Assembly: GCA_965235115.1 (NCBI GenBank)
Contig: OZ249439.1
Span: 14,694,001-14,758,000, forward strand
Length of the DNA stretch: 64,000 bases
Source: Laetmonice hystrix
Lineage: Eukaryota
Direction: 5' to 3'
This document shows, one piece after another, positions 63,291-64,000 of this stretch. The notes under the pieces are model-generated. The model saw only the letters and a program-made list of their open reading frames with translations. It searched no databases and was not told the origin of the DNA. Made by a program: the position numbers and the translations under genes. Within the stretch, counting starts at the first letter, position 1; each line of letters opens with the position of its first letter.

Positions 63291-63409
63291 GTAAGTATAG
63301 TGTAGCACAGCTTCTCACAGTTCGGCAGCTGTAAGTATAGTGTAGCACAACTTCTCACAGTTCGGCAGCTGTAAGTATAGTGTAGCACAACTTCTCACAG
63401 TTAGGCAGT
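63277..63409 (+). repeat. 40-bp tandem repeat (~3.3 copies) spanning the exon 4/intron 4 junction
   Basis: acagttcggcagctgtaagtatagtgtagcaca(g/a)cttctc repeated; gtaagt donors at 63291, 63331 and 63371. Confidence 0.95.
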
Positions 63410-64000
63410 TGGCCAATCGACTAATACACATACATGTACATACCTTTAGATTATTACCAGTTCTCGTTTTAATAATAATAAAATATCTATACTTATTCAA
63501 GTTTTTCGTGGAGTAATACAGTAAGTAATGATTGATATAGCCATGATTGAAAGGCCCTATACTATAGTCAGCTCGGCCTGCATGAACCTCAAGTGATGGC
63601 AATCAAATGATGGGGTTTTTAATCAAGGCGATGGAACATGGCCAATCGGTATGGTCTGTGTACTGTTATACAGTCTGCCATCCGTCTGTATGCGTCTTCC
63701 ACATAGACTATATCTTACCAGGCCCAAGGTCTGACCTATCTGCATAGCTTCGATCGGAAGAGGAACCGAATCTCTTACGGTCAGCCATTCGCCCACCGAC
63801 TGTCAGATCCAGAGACATACTTTTCAGGGGGAATTCGTTGGCGGCCGTTTAAATCGACCAGTTCAAAAACTCGGATGTGATTCGGCTGTGTGGGTCCAAG
63901 GCTTAGCGCAAGCGTCAAGGCTGATAAGAACCCTTGGTGCTGCTAATTAACGACGTCTTCGTCCTATCGACTTAAAACAATGCTGATAGAGAGTGAGAAA

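Noticed and set aside
1-64000. tRNA, rRNA, tRNA-derived SINE or REST/NRSE sites
   Set aside because: No paired A/B boxes with a cloverleaf, rRNA similarity or full NRSE were seen by eye; tRNAscan-SE and Infernal would be the decisive tests.

Overview
Eukaryotic genomic DNA, most likely from an invertebrate bilaterian (inference from gene type, intron layout and repeat content). The one firmly supported host gene is the 5' part of a Cys-loop GABA-A/Grd-like receptor subunit on the + strand. It has four coding exons (53066-53321, 56099-56166, 60405-60625, 63208-63290) that splice in frame with canonical GT-AG sites, and it continues beyond the window. The ~52 kb upstream holds no confidently identified host gene. 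It contains an intact CR1/L2-group LINE ORF2 (43048-45903, with 3' UTR and poly-A), a dense cluster of unrelated minisatellites (largest: ~97 x 70 bp), several MITE-like inverted-repeat elements, decayed transposon fragments and several CTCF-like motifs. Most ORFs in the supplied track are chance or repeat-derived. The most unusual observation is a 40-bp tandem repeat that triplicates the splice donor of the Cys-loop exon. No tRNA, rRNA or CRISPR array was found, and no novel system is demonstrated; the findings are leads.
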